Origin: Bacteroidota bacterium
GTDB taxonomy: Bacteria > Bacteroidota > Ignavibacteria > UBA10030
Assembly (NCBI GenBank): GCA_003519375.1
Contig: DOWV01000400.1
Span: 11,054 to 47,052 of the forward strand
DNA: 35,999 nucleotides
Reading direction: 5' to 3'
Under the pieces are notes generated by a model, which was not told where the DNA came from, did no database searches, and saw only the letters and a program-made list of their open reading frames with translations. The position numbers were made by a program, and so were the translations under genes. Shown here piece after piece: positions 27,929 to 35,999 of the stretch (within the stretch, counting starts at the first letter, position 1; the number at the start of each line of letters is the position of its first letter).

Positions 27929-28885
27929 GGAGGTGCTGCGTGCAAGGGGATCACCGAAGAGGTACGAAAACAGATCGAGGAACATTGCATCTGGTTCGTC
28001 GAATTTGGTAGGTTTACACAGCAGGTGTTCAACGACATCGTCCTGAAGAACAAGGCGTACGTCGACATGATTCTCTCCGACGCCTTTACAATGAAGATCT
28101 ACTCCATCGGACTTGTCGACGAGCAGAATCGTGTGAACTTCTACGACGGGAAGGTCCGCGTCGTGGGTCCGGACGGGAAAGAACTGGTGAAGTACGCACC
28201 GAACGAGTACCTCGAGAATATTGCCCAACATGTCGAACCATGGACGTACCTCAAATTCCCGTTCCTCAAGAGCGTGGGATGGAAAGGATTTGTCGATGGT
28301 AACGAGAGCGGCGTGTATCATGCCGCACCGCTCTCCAGACTGAATGCTGCTGACGGCATGCCGACTCCGCTCGCACAGGCAGAGTACGAGAAGATGTACT
28401 CTACGCTAGGCGGAAAGCCGGTGCACGCGATGCTTGCAATGCATTGGGCACGAATCATCGAGCTCCTCAGTGCTGCTGAGATGGCGCTGGACCTTGTACG
28501 CGATCCGGAGATCACCGGCACAAAGTTCAGAACGATTCCGACGGAGACGCCGACGGAAGGAGTGGGCATTGTCGAAGCTCCTCGCGGGACGCTCACACAC
28601 CATTATACAACGGATGAGAGGGGGATCCTGAAGAGAGTCAATCTCACCGTCGGTACGACAAACAACAACGCGCCGATATCGATGTCGATCAACAAGGCTG
28701 CGCGTGGATTGATCAAAAAGGGTGTCGAGGTGTCAGAGGGCACACTGAATAAGATCGAAATGGCCTTCAGGTCGTATGACCCATGTTTTGGCTGCGCGAC
28801 ACACTCGATGCCGGGGAAGATGCCTTTGATCGTACGCATTCGCGATGCTGCCGGCACTGTTCTCGAGGAAATCAAAAGGAACTGA
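27929..28885 (+). pseudogene. N-terminally truncated HoxH-type (group 3d, NAD-coupled bidirectional) [NiFe]-hydrogenase large subunit remnant
   Basis: Collinear with the C-terminal ~2/3 of HoxH as I remember it from Synechocystis and Cupriavidus. Matching segments: LLGGAACKGITEE, EPWTYLKFPFLK, GGKPVHAMLAMHWARIIELL, EAPRGTLTHHY, TTNNNAPIS, DPCFGCATHSMPGKMPLIV. The first ~150-170 residues, including the RxCGxC Ni-ligand motif, are absent. There is no credible start/RBS at the homology boundary and no small-subunit or diaphorase genes nearby. Confidence 0.7.
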
Positions 28886-28947
28886 GGGCCGATCACCGCG
28901 CGAGGTATGCAATACTGGTAGCGTTCAGAGCGTTCTCATTCTTGCAA

Positions 28948-28990
28948 CAAGGCCGGGAGGGACAATCCTTCCCGGCCTTGTTCTGTTCAT
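28948..28990 (+). terminator. Rho-independent terminator after the HoxH remnant
   Basis: CAAGGCCGGGA (28948-28958) pairs with TCCCGGCCTTG (28970-28980) and can extend by G-U/G-C pairs. It is followed by TTCTGTTC. Confidence 0.6.
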
Positions 28991-29163
28991 GGACTTGTCG
29001 CCCGTTCATTGCGTTCGGTTTGAAAGAACAGTACCATGGGGCAAAAGGTTACCACAAGCCCGCGTCGGATAACCCGTCCTGACTCCAGGCGGGAATTCAC
29101 CGGGCGGCTTTGTTCCTGTCTAATGCTAATTCAGGTTTTGAACACAATCCCAGGAAGGTTGAC

Positions 29164-29655
29164 ATGAAATCGACACTTCCAGATGTACATGAGTTCCTTT
29201 CTCAGCGGACGCTTGCGATCGCCGGTGTTTCGCGAAGTGGAAAGAAAATGGGCAACGCGATTCTGAAATCGTTGAAGGGGAATGGATACACGATGTTTCC
29301 GGTTCACCCGAGTGCTGAAGCGATCGAAGGGGAGAAATGCTATCCTTCTCTGCAAGCGTTACCTGAAAAGGTCGGCGGTTTGGTCATTTGCCTCCCCTCG
29401 GTCCAAACGGAAATCGTCCTTCACCAGGCGCTTGCCGCCGGGATTACGCGGATATGGTTGCAGCAGGGGGCACAGTCGTACGCGGCCCTTCGCTTTTGCG
29501 AGCAGGAAGGGATGAAGGTCGTTCACGGCCAGTGCATCCTGATGTTTTCGGAACCTGTGGAATCAATCCATCGGGTCCATCGATGGGTGTGGCGGCTCAT
29601 AGGCAAATATCCCTCATTGATACCTGCCGGGGATCGATTCATGGATCCGGCATAA
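29164..29655 (+). CDS. CoA-binding domain protein (YccU/CoA_binding_2-like)
   Basis: AGGAAGG lies upstream of ATG 29164. LAIAGVSRSGKKMGNAILKSLKGNGYTMFPVHP...CYPSLQALPEKVGGLVICLP fits the CoA-binding Rossmann pattern. Confidence 0.75.
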   Translation: MKSTLPDVHEFLSQRTLAIAGVSRSGKKMGNAILKSLKGNGYTMFPVHPSAEAIEGEKCYPSLQALPEKVGGLVICLPSVQTEIVLHQALAAGITRIWLQQGAQSYAALRFCEQEGMKVVHGQCILMFSEPVESIHRVHRWVWRLIGKYPSLIPAGDRFMDPA

Positions 29656-29678
29656 GTCCATGAGGAGCGAATACAACC

Positions 29679-30290
29679 ATGAAACGACTTGACCTGAAAC
29701 AAGACCTTCGGGACTTGTACGCCCCGTCGGCACGGGAAGCGGAGATCATCCGGGTGCCGGAATTCAGATATCTCATGATTGACGGACAAGGTGATCCCAA
29801 TTCGTCTCCTCTGTTTCCACTTGCTGTGCAGGCGCTCTACGCCGCGGTCTACACACTGAAGTTCATGATCAAAAAGACGGCGAGTGTGGACTATCCTGTG
29901 ATGCCGCTCGAGGGTCTATGGTGGGCTGAGAATCTTGAGGCCTTCCGCATGGAACTGAGAGACGATTGGAAATGGACGTTGATGATCATGCAGCCGCCGC
30001 TCGTCACAAAGGCGCGGTTCAAGAAAGCCCTGGCGCTCGCGATGGAGAAAAAGGAGCTCGAGCTCTTAGAGCACATCAGGCTTGAATCGTATGAAGAGAG
30101 GCTGGCGGTGCAAATTATGCATATTGGACCATTTGCAGCGGAAGGGCCGACAATCGAGAAACTCCACTCATTCGCCGCCGAGCGTGGGCTGAGGCTCGGC
30201 GGGAAGCACCACGAAATCTATCTCAGCGCCCGCCGTAGGGTGAGTCCGGGTAAAATGAAAACAGTGATCAGACAGCCGGTCCGAAAGTGA
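29679..30290 (+). CDS. GyrI-like small-molecule-binding domain protein
   Basis: GAGGAG RBS at 29662-29667. YLMIDGQGDPNSSPLF..ALYAAVYTLKF..PLEGLWW..MHIGPF..HHEIYLS matches the GyrI-like/SOUL-type family as I recall it. Confidence 0.6.
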   Translation: MKRLDLKQDLRDLYAPSAREAEIIRVPEFRYLMIDGQGDPNSSPLFPLAVQALYAAVYTLKFMIKKTASVDYPVMPLEGLWWAENLEAFRMELRDDWKWTLMIMQPPLVTKARFKKALALAMEKKELELLEHIRLESYEERLAVQIMHIGPFAAEGPTIEKLHSFAAERGLRLGGKHHEIYLSARRRVSPGKMKTVIRQPVRK

Positions 30291-30318
30291 ATGGTCCCCC
30301 GCGTTTCCCTCTGAGCCC

Positions 30319-30852
30319 ATGAGCCCCATCGAATATACCCTTCTCGCCATTGGAACGTTGTCGCTCATCGTCGCTTCCTGGCGCGTGTCGTTGAAGGCAG
30401 GACGTTACCATGGACTCTATCGATTGGTGTCATTTGAGTGCATCCTGATCCTGGTGTTCCTGAATTGGCAACGGTGGTTCACTGACCCGTTCTCTGCAAG
30501 ACAAATCATCTCATGGATTCTCCTCACTGCCTCGATCGTGCCGGCTTCTCTGGGATTTCGTTCACTCCAGCTCCACGGCCATGCCCAAAGCCAGTTTGAA
30601 AACACTCGAGCACTCGTGACGAGCGGTATTTATCGGCACATACGCCACCCCATGTACTTGTCACTGATGTTGCTTGGAAGCGGCGTGTGTCTGAAGGATC
30701 CGACGGGAATTGCCGTAGGTCTGGGAGTCGTGAACTTCATCGCGTTGGTGGCAACTGCGCTGAGGGAAGAGAAGGAAATGATCGAGAAATTCGGTGAGGA
30801 GTATGTACGCTACATGGCTGAGTCGAAGATGTTCATTCCGAAACTGTTCTGA
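30319..30852 (+). CDS. Membrane isoprenylcysteine carboxyl methyltransferase / phospholipid methyltransferase family protein
   Basis: Multiple hydrophobic helices plus the signature LVTSGIYRHIRHPMYLSLML ... EEKEMIEKFGEEY. Confidence 0.75.
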   Translation: MSPIEYTLLAIGTLSLIVASWRVSLKAGRYHGLYRLVSFECILILVFLNWQRWFTDPFSARQIISWILLTASIVPASLGFRSLQLHGHAQSQFENTRALVTSGIYRHIRHPMYLSLMLLGSGVCLKDPTGIAVGLGVVNFIALVATALREEKEMIEKFGEEYVRYMAESKMFIPKLF

Positions 30853-31258
30853 ATGTCGAATGTCAACCTCGGGTGCGCTCTCTGCCGACCCGCTTCTGGC
30901 AAAACTCTTTCATTTGTGAGAATCAAGCGCCCATTCAGTAGCACGAATGAGAAGGAATTGAAGTAGAAATAACCAACACCCACGTGTTGTTTATTGCTTC
31001 CACAAATGGTTGGATGGCACGATAATTGAGCAAAGAAAGGGGGCCATCCCAGCTCCTCCCTTGACTAATTCGTGGCGTATTGCCGAAATTGGGAAAATCT
31101 TTCGAGTGAGCGCGCCCCGCTTTGATGTATCAAAGGGGTGTCACCTGCCTGTGATGTAATGATTTATTGAATGCAAAGATTGTAGTACATCATAAACCGT
31201 AACAGCAATTCGAAAAGCTAAGCAGCCATTCATTTCAAGGTAAAGGAGGAATCGCTCT
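30853..31258. promoter_or_regulatory. Long (406 bp) AT-richer 5' region of the second citrate synthase gene
   Basis: No credible ORF. Contains CAACACCCACGTGTTG (30974-30989; inverted repeat CAACAC/GTGTTG), TGTGAGAAT (~30914) and ATTTATTGAATGC (~31163). The AAGGAGG RBS sits just before ATG 31259. Confidence 0.4.
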
Positions 31259-32548
31259 ATGCCTGATACTCTGCTCATTAAAGATAATCGGAACGGCAAG
31301 GAATACACACTGCCGATCACGAATGACACAATTAAGGCCACCGATCTCCGTCAGATCAAAATCAAAGATGACGATTTTGGGATGATGACGTATGATCCGG
31401 CATTCATGAACACTGCGTCGTGCATCAGCCGGGTCACTTTCATCGACGGTGACAAGGGAATTCTCCGCTACCGCGGATATCCCATCGACCAGCTGGCAGA
31501 GAAATGCACGTACCTGGAGGTCGCCTATCTTCTCCTGAACGGTGAGCTCCCGACAAAAACCCAGCTTGACACTTGGACCTACAACGTTACGCACCACACG
31601 CTGATTCACGAGAACATCAAGAAATTCATGGATGGCTTCAATTACGATGCTCATCCGATGGGAATGCTCGTGAGCACGCTCGCGGCGATGTCGACGTTCT
31701 ATCCCGATGCGAAGAACATCTTCTCTGCAGAATCACGACAGCTGCAAATCTACAGGTTGATCGGAAAAGTGCCCACTATCGCGGCATTCGCATTCCGGCA
31801 TCATTTGGGTCAGCCATATGTATATCCCGATAACGAACTCAGCTACCCGGGTAACTTCCTCAGCATGCTGTTCAAGATGACGGAGCCCAAGTATAAGGCG
31901 AATCCTGTTCTGGAACGCGCTCTCGACATCCTGTTCATCCTGCATGCCGATCACGAACAAAACTGCAGTGCCAACGTGATGAGAAGCGTCGGTAGTTCAC
32001 AGGCCGATCCGTTTGTTTCGGCCGCAGGAGCAGCGGCGGCACTCTATGGTCCGCTGCATGGCGGAGCCAACGAACAGGTGCTTCGCATGCTTCGTGAAAT
32101 CGGTTCCATTGACAAAGTCCCTGAATTCGTCAAGAAAGTGAAATCGGGCGAGGGTGGACGTTTGATGGGATTCGGCCACAGAGTCTACAAGAATTACGAT
32201 CCCCGCGCAAAAATCATCAAGCACGCGGCGGAAAGTGTCTTCGAGGTCACCGGTAAGAATCCACTTCTGGAAATCGCCATCGAACTCGAGCGCATCGCAC
32301 TGCAGGATGAGTATTTCGTAAAGCGGAAACTCTATCCAAACGTCGACTTCTACTCGGGCATCATCTACGAAGCCTTGGGTTTCCCGAGTGAGGCGTTCAC
32401 CGTTCTCTTTGCGATTCCGCGTATGTCGGGGTGGCTGGCTCAGTGGCAGGAACTGCTGCTTGACCCGGACCAGAAGATTGCCAGGCCGCGCCAGGTCTAT
32501 CTTGGCTCAGGCGAGCGCAATTTCGTCCCGATCGAGAAGCGCAAGTAA
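31259..32548 (+). CDS. gltA: Citrate synthase, paralogue 2
   Basis: 429 aa with the same catalytic motifs: LHADHEQNCSA, GFGHRVYKNYDPRAK, PNVDFYSG. It is 55/82 identical to paralogue 1 over the first 82 residues, counted by hand. Confidence 0.95.
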   Translation: MPDTLLIKDNRNGKEYTLPITNDTIKATDLRQIKIKDDDFGMMTYDPAFMNTASCISRVTFIDGDKGILRYRGYPIDQLAEKCTYLEVAYLLLNGELPTKTQLDTWTYNVTHHTLIHENIKKFMDGFNYDAHPMGMLVSTLAAMSTFYPDAKNIFSAESRQLQIYRLIGKVPTIAAFAFRHHLGQPYVYPDNELSYPGNFLSMLFKMTEPKYKANPVLERALDILFILHADHEQNCSANVMRSVGSSQADPFVSAAGAAAALYGPLHGGANEQVLRMLREIGSIDKVPEFVKKVKSGEGGRLMGFGHRVYKNYDPRAKIIKHAAESVFEVTGKNPLLEIAIELERIALQDEYFVKRKLYPNVDFYSGIIYEALGFPSEAFTVLFAIPRMSGWLAQWQELLLDPDQKIARPRQVYLGSGERNFVPIEKRK

Positions 32549-32634
32549 CTCCAGGAGAGCTGGCAGAAGAAGCAAGTCCCACTGCCGGGTCCCGAAATCG
32601 AGCATCGCTCCACCACGTTCGAGTGCAACGAAGT

Positions 32635-32684
32635 GACCGCTTTCCCTTGTCAGCGAAGCTGGGAGGGAGAGCGGTCTTTTTTTT
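32635..32684 (+). terminator. Rho-independent terminator of citrate synthase 2
   Basis: GACCGCTTTCCC (32635-32646) pairs with GGGAGAGCGGTC (32665-32676) with one G-U pair. It is followed by eight T (32677-32684). Confidence 0.8.
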
Positions 32685-32799
32685 CTTTGTTGCGGGAATC
32701 TGATATCTCAATTCGTTAGATTTCGTCCGGCAGAAAATTGGCATCGTTCTTGCCTTTTGAGTAGTATCAGAATGTTGTCCCACAATTGGCAACAGGCAC

Positions 32800-33162
32800 G
32801 TGCACGAGCTTTCAATAGCACAGAACATTCTCGAGATCGTCCGCCAGAGCGTTCCGGAAGATGAATTGGAGGACGTACGTGTCATCCGCCTGAAAGTCGG
32901 TACTTTCTCGGGCGTAGTCGCGGAATCTCTCGATTTCTGCGTTTCTGCGGTTGTAGCGGGGACATCGCTCTCCGGAGCGAAGCTCGCGATTGATCATGTG
33001 CCGTTCCGGATTCGGTGTCAAACGTGCGAGCGCGAATTCACGAACGATCTCGGCTACGTGGCCTGTCCGGAGTGCGGTGGTGTTGAGACGACGGTCGTTT
33101 CCGGAAGGGAACTTCAGGTGACAGAAATCGAATTGGACGATCATCAACAAGGTACGCCATGA
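32800..33162 (+). CDS. hypA: Hydrogenase nickel-insertion protein HypA
   Basis: GTG start giving the canonical MHELSIA N-terminus. Zinc site CQTCEREF...CPECGG. Confidence 0.9.
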   Translation: MHELSIAQNILEIVRQSVPEDELEDVRVIRLKVGTFSGVVAESLDFCVSAVVAGTSLSGAKLAIDHVPFRIRCQTCEREFTNDLGYVACPECGGVETTVVSGRELQVTEIELDDHQQGTP

Positions 33163-33809
33163 CCATAGTCACGGTAGAACGAAAAGTGCTGGAGAAAAAC
33201 GATGAGATCGCCCGTCGTAACCGGGCGCTCTTTTCCAGCAAGAACTTGTTCGTCATCAACCTCGTGAGTTCACCCGGTTCGGGCAAGACGAGCATCCTCG
33301 AGCGCACGCTGGAGTTTTTCAATCGCCGGGTTCCGGTCGCTGTCATCGAGGGAGACGTTCAGACAGACTTCGATGCGCAGCGCATCGCCCGCTACCAGAC
33401 GCCCGTGGTGCAGATTGTGACAAACGGCGGGTGTCACCTCGATGCCAAGCTGGTCGAAGACGCTCTCGGATCTCTCAATTTGGAAGGGATCCGACTGCTC
33501 ATCATCGAAAATGTCGGAAATCTTGTATGCCCCTCAAACTACGACCTCGGAGAGGCGATGAAAGTCGTCGTTGCGAGCACAACGGAAGGGGACGACAAGC
33601 CTCTGAAATATCCGGCAATGTTTCAGCATGCCTCCGTCTTGATCGTCAACAAGATTGATCTCCTGCCGTATGTCAACTGCAACCTCGAGGCATTGAAAGC
33701 GAATGCCTTGAAAATCAATCCTGCGCTGAGAGTGTTTGAGACATCATGCACGACGCGGTCCGGGATTGCCGCCTGGTGCTCCTGGCTTGAGTCGAATCTG
33801 AAACCATAG
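33159..33809 (+). CDS. hypB: Hydrogenase nickel-incorporation GTPase HypB
   Basis: ATGA overlap with hypA. P-loop SSPGSGKTSILE, the CH motif NGGCHLDA, ENVGNLVCP and NKIDLL. There is no His-rich N-terminal tract. Confidence 0.9.
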   Translation: MTIVTVERKVLEKNDEIARRNRALFSSKNLFVINLVSSPGSGKTSILERTLEFFNRRVPVAVIEGDVQTDFDAQRIARYQTPVVQIVTNGGCHLDAKLVEDALGSLNLEGIRLLIIENVGNLVCPSNYDLGEAMKVVVASTTEGDDKPLKYPAMFQHASVLIVNKIDLLPYVNCNLEALKANALKINPALRVFETSCTTRSGIAAWCSWLESNLKP

Positions 33810-33816
33810 CCCTCGA

Positions 33817-35999
33817 ATGGCGAACCCGGACACACATAGGAATGTGAGCGAGCGATCGAGAATTCGAGTATGTATCCGTGGTGCCGTCCAGGGAGTCGGA
33901 TTTCGCCCTTTTATTTACCGTCTGGCGACGGAGCTGCAGCTCCCGGGCTGGGTGTCAAACACGGCACAGGGAGTGTTCATGGAAGTCGAAGGAGAGAAGC
34001 TGGCGCTTGATCGGTTTGTTCTCCGCATCCAGAGCGAGAAGCCGCCGCGATCCTCTATCCAGAGTCTTGAATTCTCCTTCCTCGACCCCGTAGGCTTCAA
34101 GGTCTTCGAAATACGCGAGAGCGAGGACAAGGGAACTAAGAGTGTCATCGTGCTCCCGGATATTGCAACGTGCCCTGAGTGTCTCGCCGAAATTCTTGAT
34201 TCGACGAACCGCCGCTTTCAGTACCCGTTTACGAACTGCACCAATTGTGGTCCGCGCTTTTCGATCATCGAGTCTCTCCCGTACGACAGGCCCAATACTT
34301 CCATGAAGCGTTTCGCATTGTGTCCGGCCTGCCAGAAGGAGTACGATGATCCAGCCGACCGGAGATTCCATGCACAGCCGACGGCGTGTCCCGACTGTGG
34401 TCCCCGGCTCCAATTCCGAACAGCATCGGGAGAGGTAAAGCAGAGCGGTCAAGACGCTTTGTTGGCGGCAGCACAGGCTGTTCGCGATGGATTGATAGTG
34501 GCGGTCAAAGGCCTCGGCGGATTTCACCTGATTGTTGATGCACGGAGTGACGATGCAGTGAAGCGGCTTCGTGAACGCAAGCACCGGGAGGAAAAACCTC
34601 TGGCGATGATGTTTCCTGAGATTGCGATGGTGCACGAGGAGTGTGTGGTCTCGGAGCTGGAAGACCGTCTCCTCCGATCTCCGGAATCACCGATCGTTCT
34701 TCTCGATCGGAAAGACAATCGCGAACTTTACGGAAAACTGGTTTCGACGTTGGGTATCGCCACATCGGTCGCTCCAGGCAATCCGTGTCTTGGTGTCATG
34801 CTGCCCTACACTCCGCTTCACCATTTGCTCATGCGGGAGCTTGGGCATGCTGTCGTCGCCACGAGCGGCAATCTATCCGACGAACCCATCTGCATCGACG
34901 AACGCGAAGCAATCCGGAGATTGAACGGTATCGCTGATTGTTTCCTTGTTCATAACCGTCCTATCGTACGCCATGTCGATGACTCGGTGGTCCGTGTTCT
35001 GCTTGGCCGCGAACTCGTCTTGAGACGGGCACGTGGTTATGCACCATTGCCGGTACAGGTTTCAACCAACGTGGACCACACCGTGTTGGCCGTTGGCGCA
35101 CATCTGAAAAACGCGGTTGCGATCTCGGTCGGGACAAATGTCTTTGTGAGCCAGCACATCGGCGATCTTGAGACGCAGCAATCGTTGGACGCGTTCAGGG
35201 CTGTCACGCGCGATTTCCAGGCGCTGTACGAGGTCCGGCCGACACAAGTGGCCTGCGATATGCATCCGGACTACTTCTCGACAAAAGAGGCCCATTCGGG
35301 ATCTGTGCCTGTTCTTGAAGTGCAGCATCATCACGCCCACGTCCTTTCATGTATGGCAGAGAACGAACTTGTGGGAGAGGTCCTGGGAGTTTCGTGGGAT
35401 GGCACAGGGTATGGGCCTGACGGGACCGTGTGGGGAGGAGAATTCCTGGTTACGCGGGGGGCCGGTTTCGAGAGGTTCGCCCGATTCAGAACATTCAGGC
35501 TGCCGGGCGGTGATAAAGCCATCAAAGAGCCGCGCCGCACCGCCGTTGGCTTACTGTATGAGCTCATGGGTGACGCCGCATTCCGCGAACGCGCTCAAGC
35601 CCCGTTCTCTGCCCTGAGCGTGGCGGAGCTGAGTATTCTCGAGCAGATGCTGAAAAGGGGCGTGAATGCCCCTGAGACGTCGAGTGTCGGCAGGTTGTTC
35701 GACGCCGTAGCTTCACTCGTCGGATTCCGGCATTACAACAATTTTGAAGGACAGGCGGCGATGGAATTGGAATTCGCACTCGCCGGTGTGACCTCGGAGC
35801 AAACCTATCGCTGCGATGTCCTGCCCAATGACAGTGACGGCGTCGCCGGGGTAACTCCATACACTCTTCCTTCTTATGTGGTTGACTGGTCTCCCATGAT
35901 CCGGGATATCCTCACGGATGTCCGGAAATGTGTGGCGATTCCACTCATCTCAAAGAAATTCCATAATGCTCTTGTCCAGGCGATCGTCGACGTTGCGCA
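33817..35999 (+). CDS. hypF: Carbamoyltransferase HypF (3' end beyond the window)
   Basis: I translated frame +1 from ATG 33817. It is open to the window end and is not in the ORF track because no stop is reached. It shows an acylphosphatase-like RGAVQGVGFRPFIYRLA, two zinc fingers (CPECLAE..NCTNCGPRF; CPACQKEY..ACPDCGPRL), YrdC-like VAVKGLGGFHL and a Kae1-like C-terminal part (VQHHHAH). Confidence 0.9.
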   Translation, partial: MANPDTHRNVSERSRIRVCIRGAVQGVGFRPFIYRLATELQLPGWVSNTAQGVFMEVEGEKLALDRFVLRIQSEKPPRSSIQSLEFSFLDPVGFKVFEIRESEDKGTKSVIVLPDIATCPECLAEILDSTNRRFQYPFTNCTNCGPRFSIIESLPYDRPNTSMKRFALCPACQKEYDDPADRRFHAQPTACPDCGPRLQFRTASGEVKQSGQDALLAAAQAVRDGLIVAVKGLGGFHLIVDARSDDAVKRLRERKHREEKPLAMMFPEIAMVHEECVVSELEDRLLRSPESPIVLLDRKDNRELYGKLVSTLGIATSVAPGNPCLGVMLPYTPLHHLLMRELGHAVVATSGNLSDEPICIDEREAIRRLNGIADCFLVHNRPIVRHVDDSVVRVLLGRELVLRRARGYAPLPVQVSTNVDHTVLAVGAHLKNAVAISVGTNVFVSQHIGDLETQQSLDAFRAVTRDFQALYEVRPTQVACDMHPDYFSTKEAHSGSVPVLEVQHHHAHVLSCMAENELVGEVLGVSWDGTGYGPDGTVWGGEFLVTRGAGFERFARFRTFRLPGGDKAIKEPRRTAVGLLYELMGDAAFRERAQAPFSALSVAELSILEQMLKRGVNAPETSSVGRLFDAVASLVGFRHYNNFEGQAAMELEFALAGVTSEQTYRCDVLPNDSDGVAGVTPYTLPSYVVDWSPMIRDILTDVRKCVAIPLISKKFHNALVQAIVDVA

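Noticed and set aside
27896-28321. N-terminal 142 residues of the 301-aa minus-strand ORF (27416-28321)
   Set aside because: This part is in-phase antisense to the clearly homologous HoxH remnant and shows no receiver or other domain features. Only the part downstream of ATG 27895 is plausibly coding.
29056-29110. GC-rich hairpin (CCCGTCCTG 29073-29081 / CAGGCGGG 29086-29093) followed by CACCGGGCGG upstream of the CoA-binding protein gene; superficially reminiscent of ZTP (pfl) riboswitch strings TGAC..GGCG / CCGGGCGG
   Set aside because: The obligatory 3' CCGCCTGGGC pseudoknot/P3 element is absent and spacing in the 5' part does not fit the consensus. I cannot assign it to any riboswitch class. 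It may simply be a secondary terminator or a leader hairpin.
30851-30868. Tandem GAATGTC GAATGTC immediately after the methyltransferase stop codon
   Set aside because: It is only two copies of a 7-mer with no further structure or recurrence that I could find, so it is most likely chance.
7435-32548. The idea that the two inverted citrate synthase genes are a recent duplication or act as substrates for inversion of the 22.5-kb segment between them
   Set aside because: Nucleotide identity is patchy. The longest identical runs I could see are roughly 15-25 nt, and about one third of the amino acids differ. That fits old paralogues rather than recombination-competent repeats.
1-35999. Scan for CRISPR arrays, tRNA/rRNA genes, transposases, integrases, toxin-antitoxin pairs, restriction-modification or other defence-island hallmarks, and selenocysteine/recoding signals in the hydrogenase genes
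   Set aside because: None were recognised. All intergenic regions are under 450 bp and lack repeat-spacer periodicity. Every sizeable ORF has a plausible metabolic or structural assignment. Both hydrogenase C-terminal motifs use Cys codons with no in-frame TGA.

Overview
This is about 36 kb of densely coding, apparently ordinary chromosomal DNA from a moderately GC-rich bacterium. Gene content suggests an anaerobic or microaerophilic lifestyle and is reminiscent of Chlorobi/Ignavibacteria/Bacteroidota-type lineages, but taxonomy cannot be assigned from the sequence alone. I recognised no rRNA, tRNA, CRISPR array, transposase, integrase or phage genes. Content in order: (i) 1-3429, the 3' part of a giant Ig-like-repeat surface protein. 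(ii) 8721-3624, a minus-strand block of citrate synthase, MGDG-synthase-like glycosyltransferase, alpha/beta hydrolase, Fe-S uracil-DNA glycosylase and SDR epimerase. (iii) 9161-16565, a plus-strand pyruvate-node operon: PFOR, a dihydroorotate-dehydrogenase-like flavoprotein, a small TraR/DksA-type zinc-finger protein and NADP-malic enzyme MaeB. (iv) 16841-24166, a rubrerythrin homologue with a lipoprotein signal, then a complete group 3b (sulfhydrogenase-type) [NiFe]-hydrogenase operon. This operon also carries a cNMP-binding-domain-only gene, a YbaK-fold gene, the maturation endopeptidase and an aldo/keto reductase. (v) A TonB-dependent receptor and an AhpD/CMD-family protein. (vi) 27416-28885, a head-to-head junction between an atypical single-domain response regulator and an N-terminally truncated HoxH-type (group 3d) hydrogenase large-subunit remnant. 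(vii) A CoA-binding protein, a GyrI-like protein and an ICMT-family methyltransferase. (viii) A second, diverged citrate synthase paralogue. (ix) hypA-hypB-hypF, with hypF running off the window. I do not see a convincing brand-new multi-gene system such as a defence island. The items most worth a second look are the regulator/HoxH-remnant junction, the extra non-catalytic genes inside the group 3b hydrogenase operon, the exported rubrerythrin homologue, and the paired citrate synthases flanking a PFOR/malic-enzyme/hydrogenase neighbourhood. All product calls come from motif recognition by eye on the supplied translations; no searches or computations were run.
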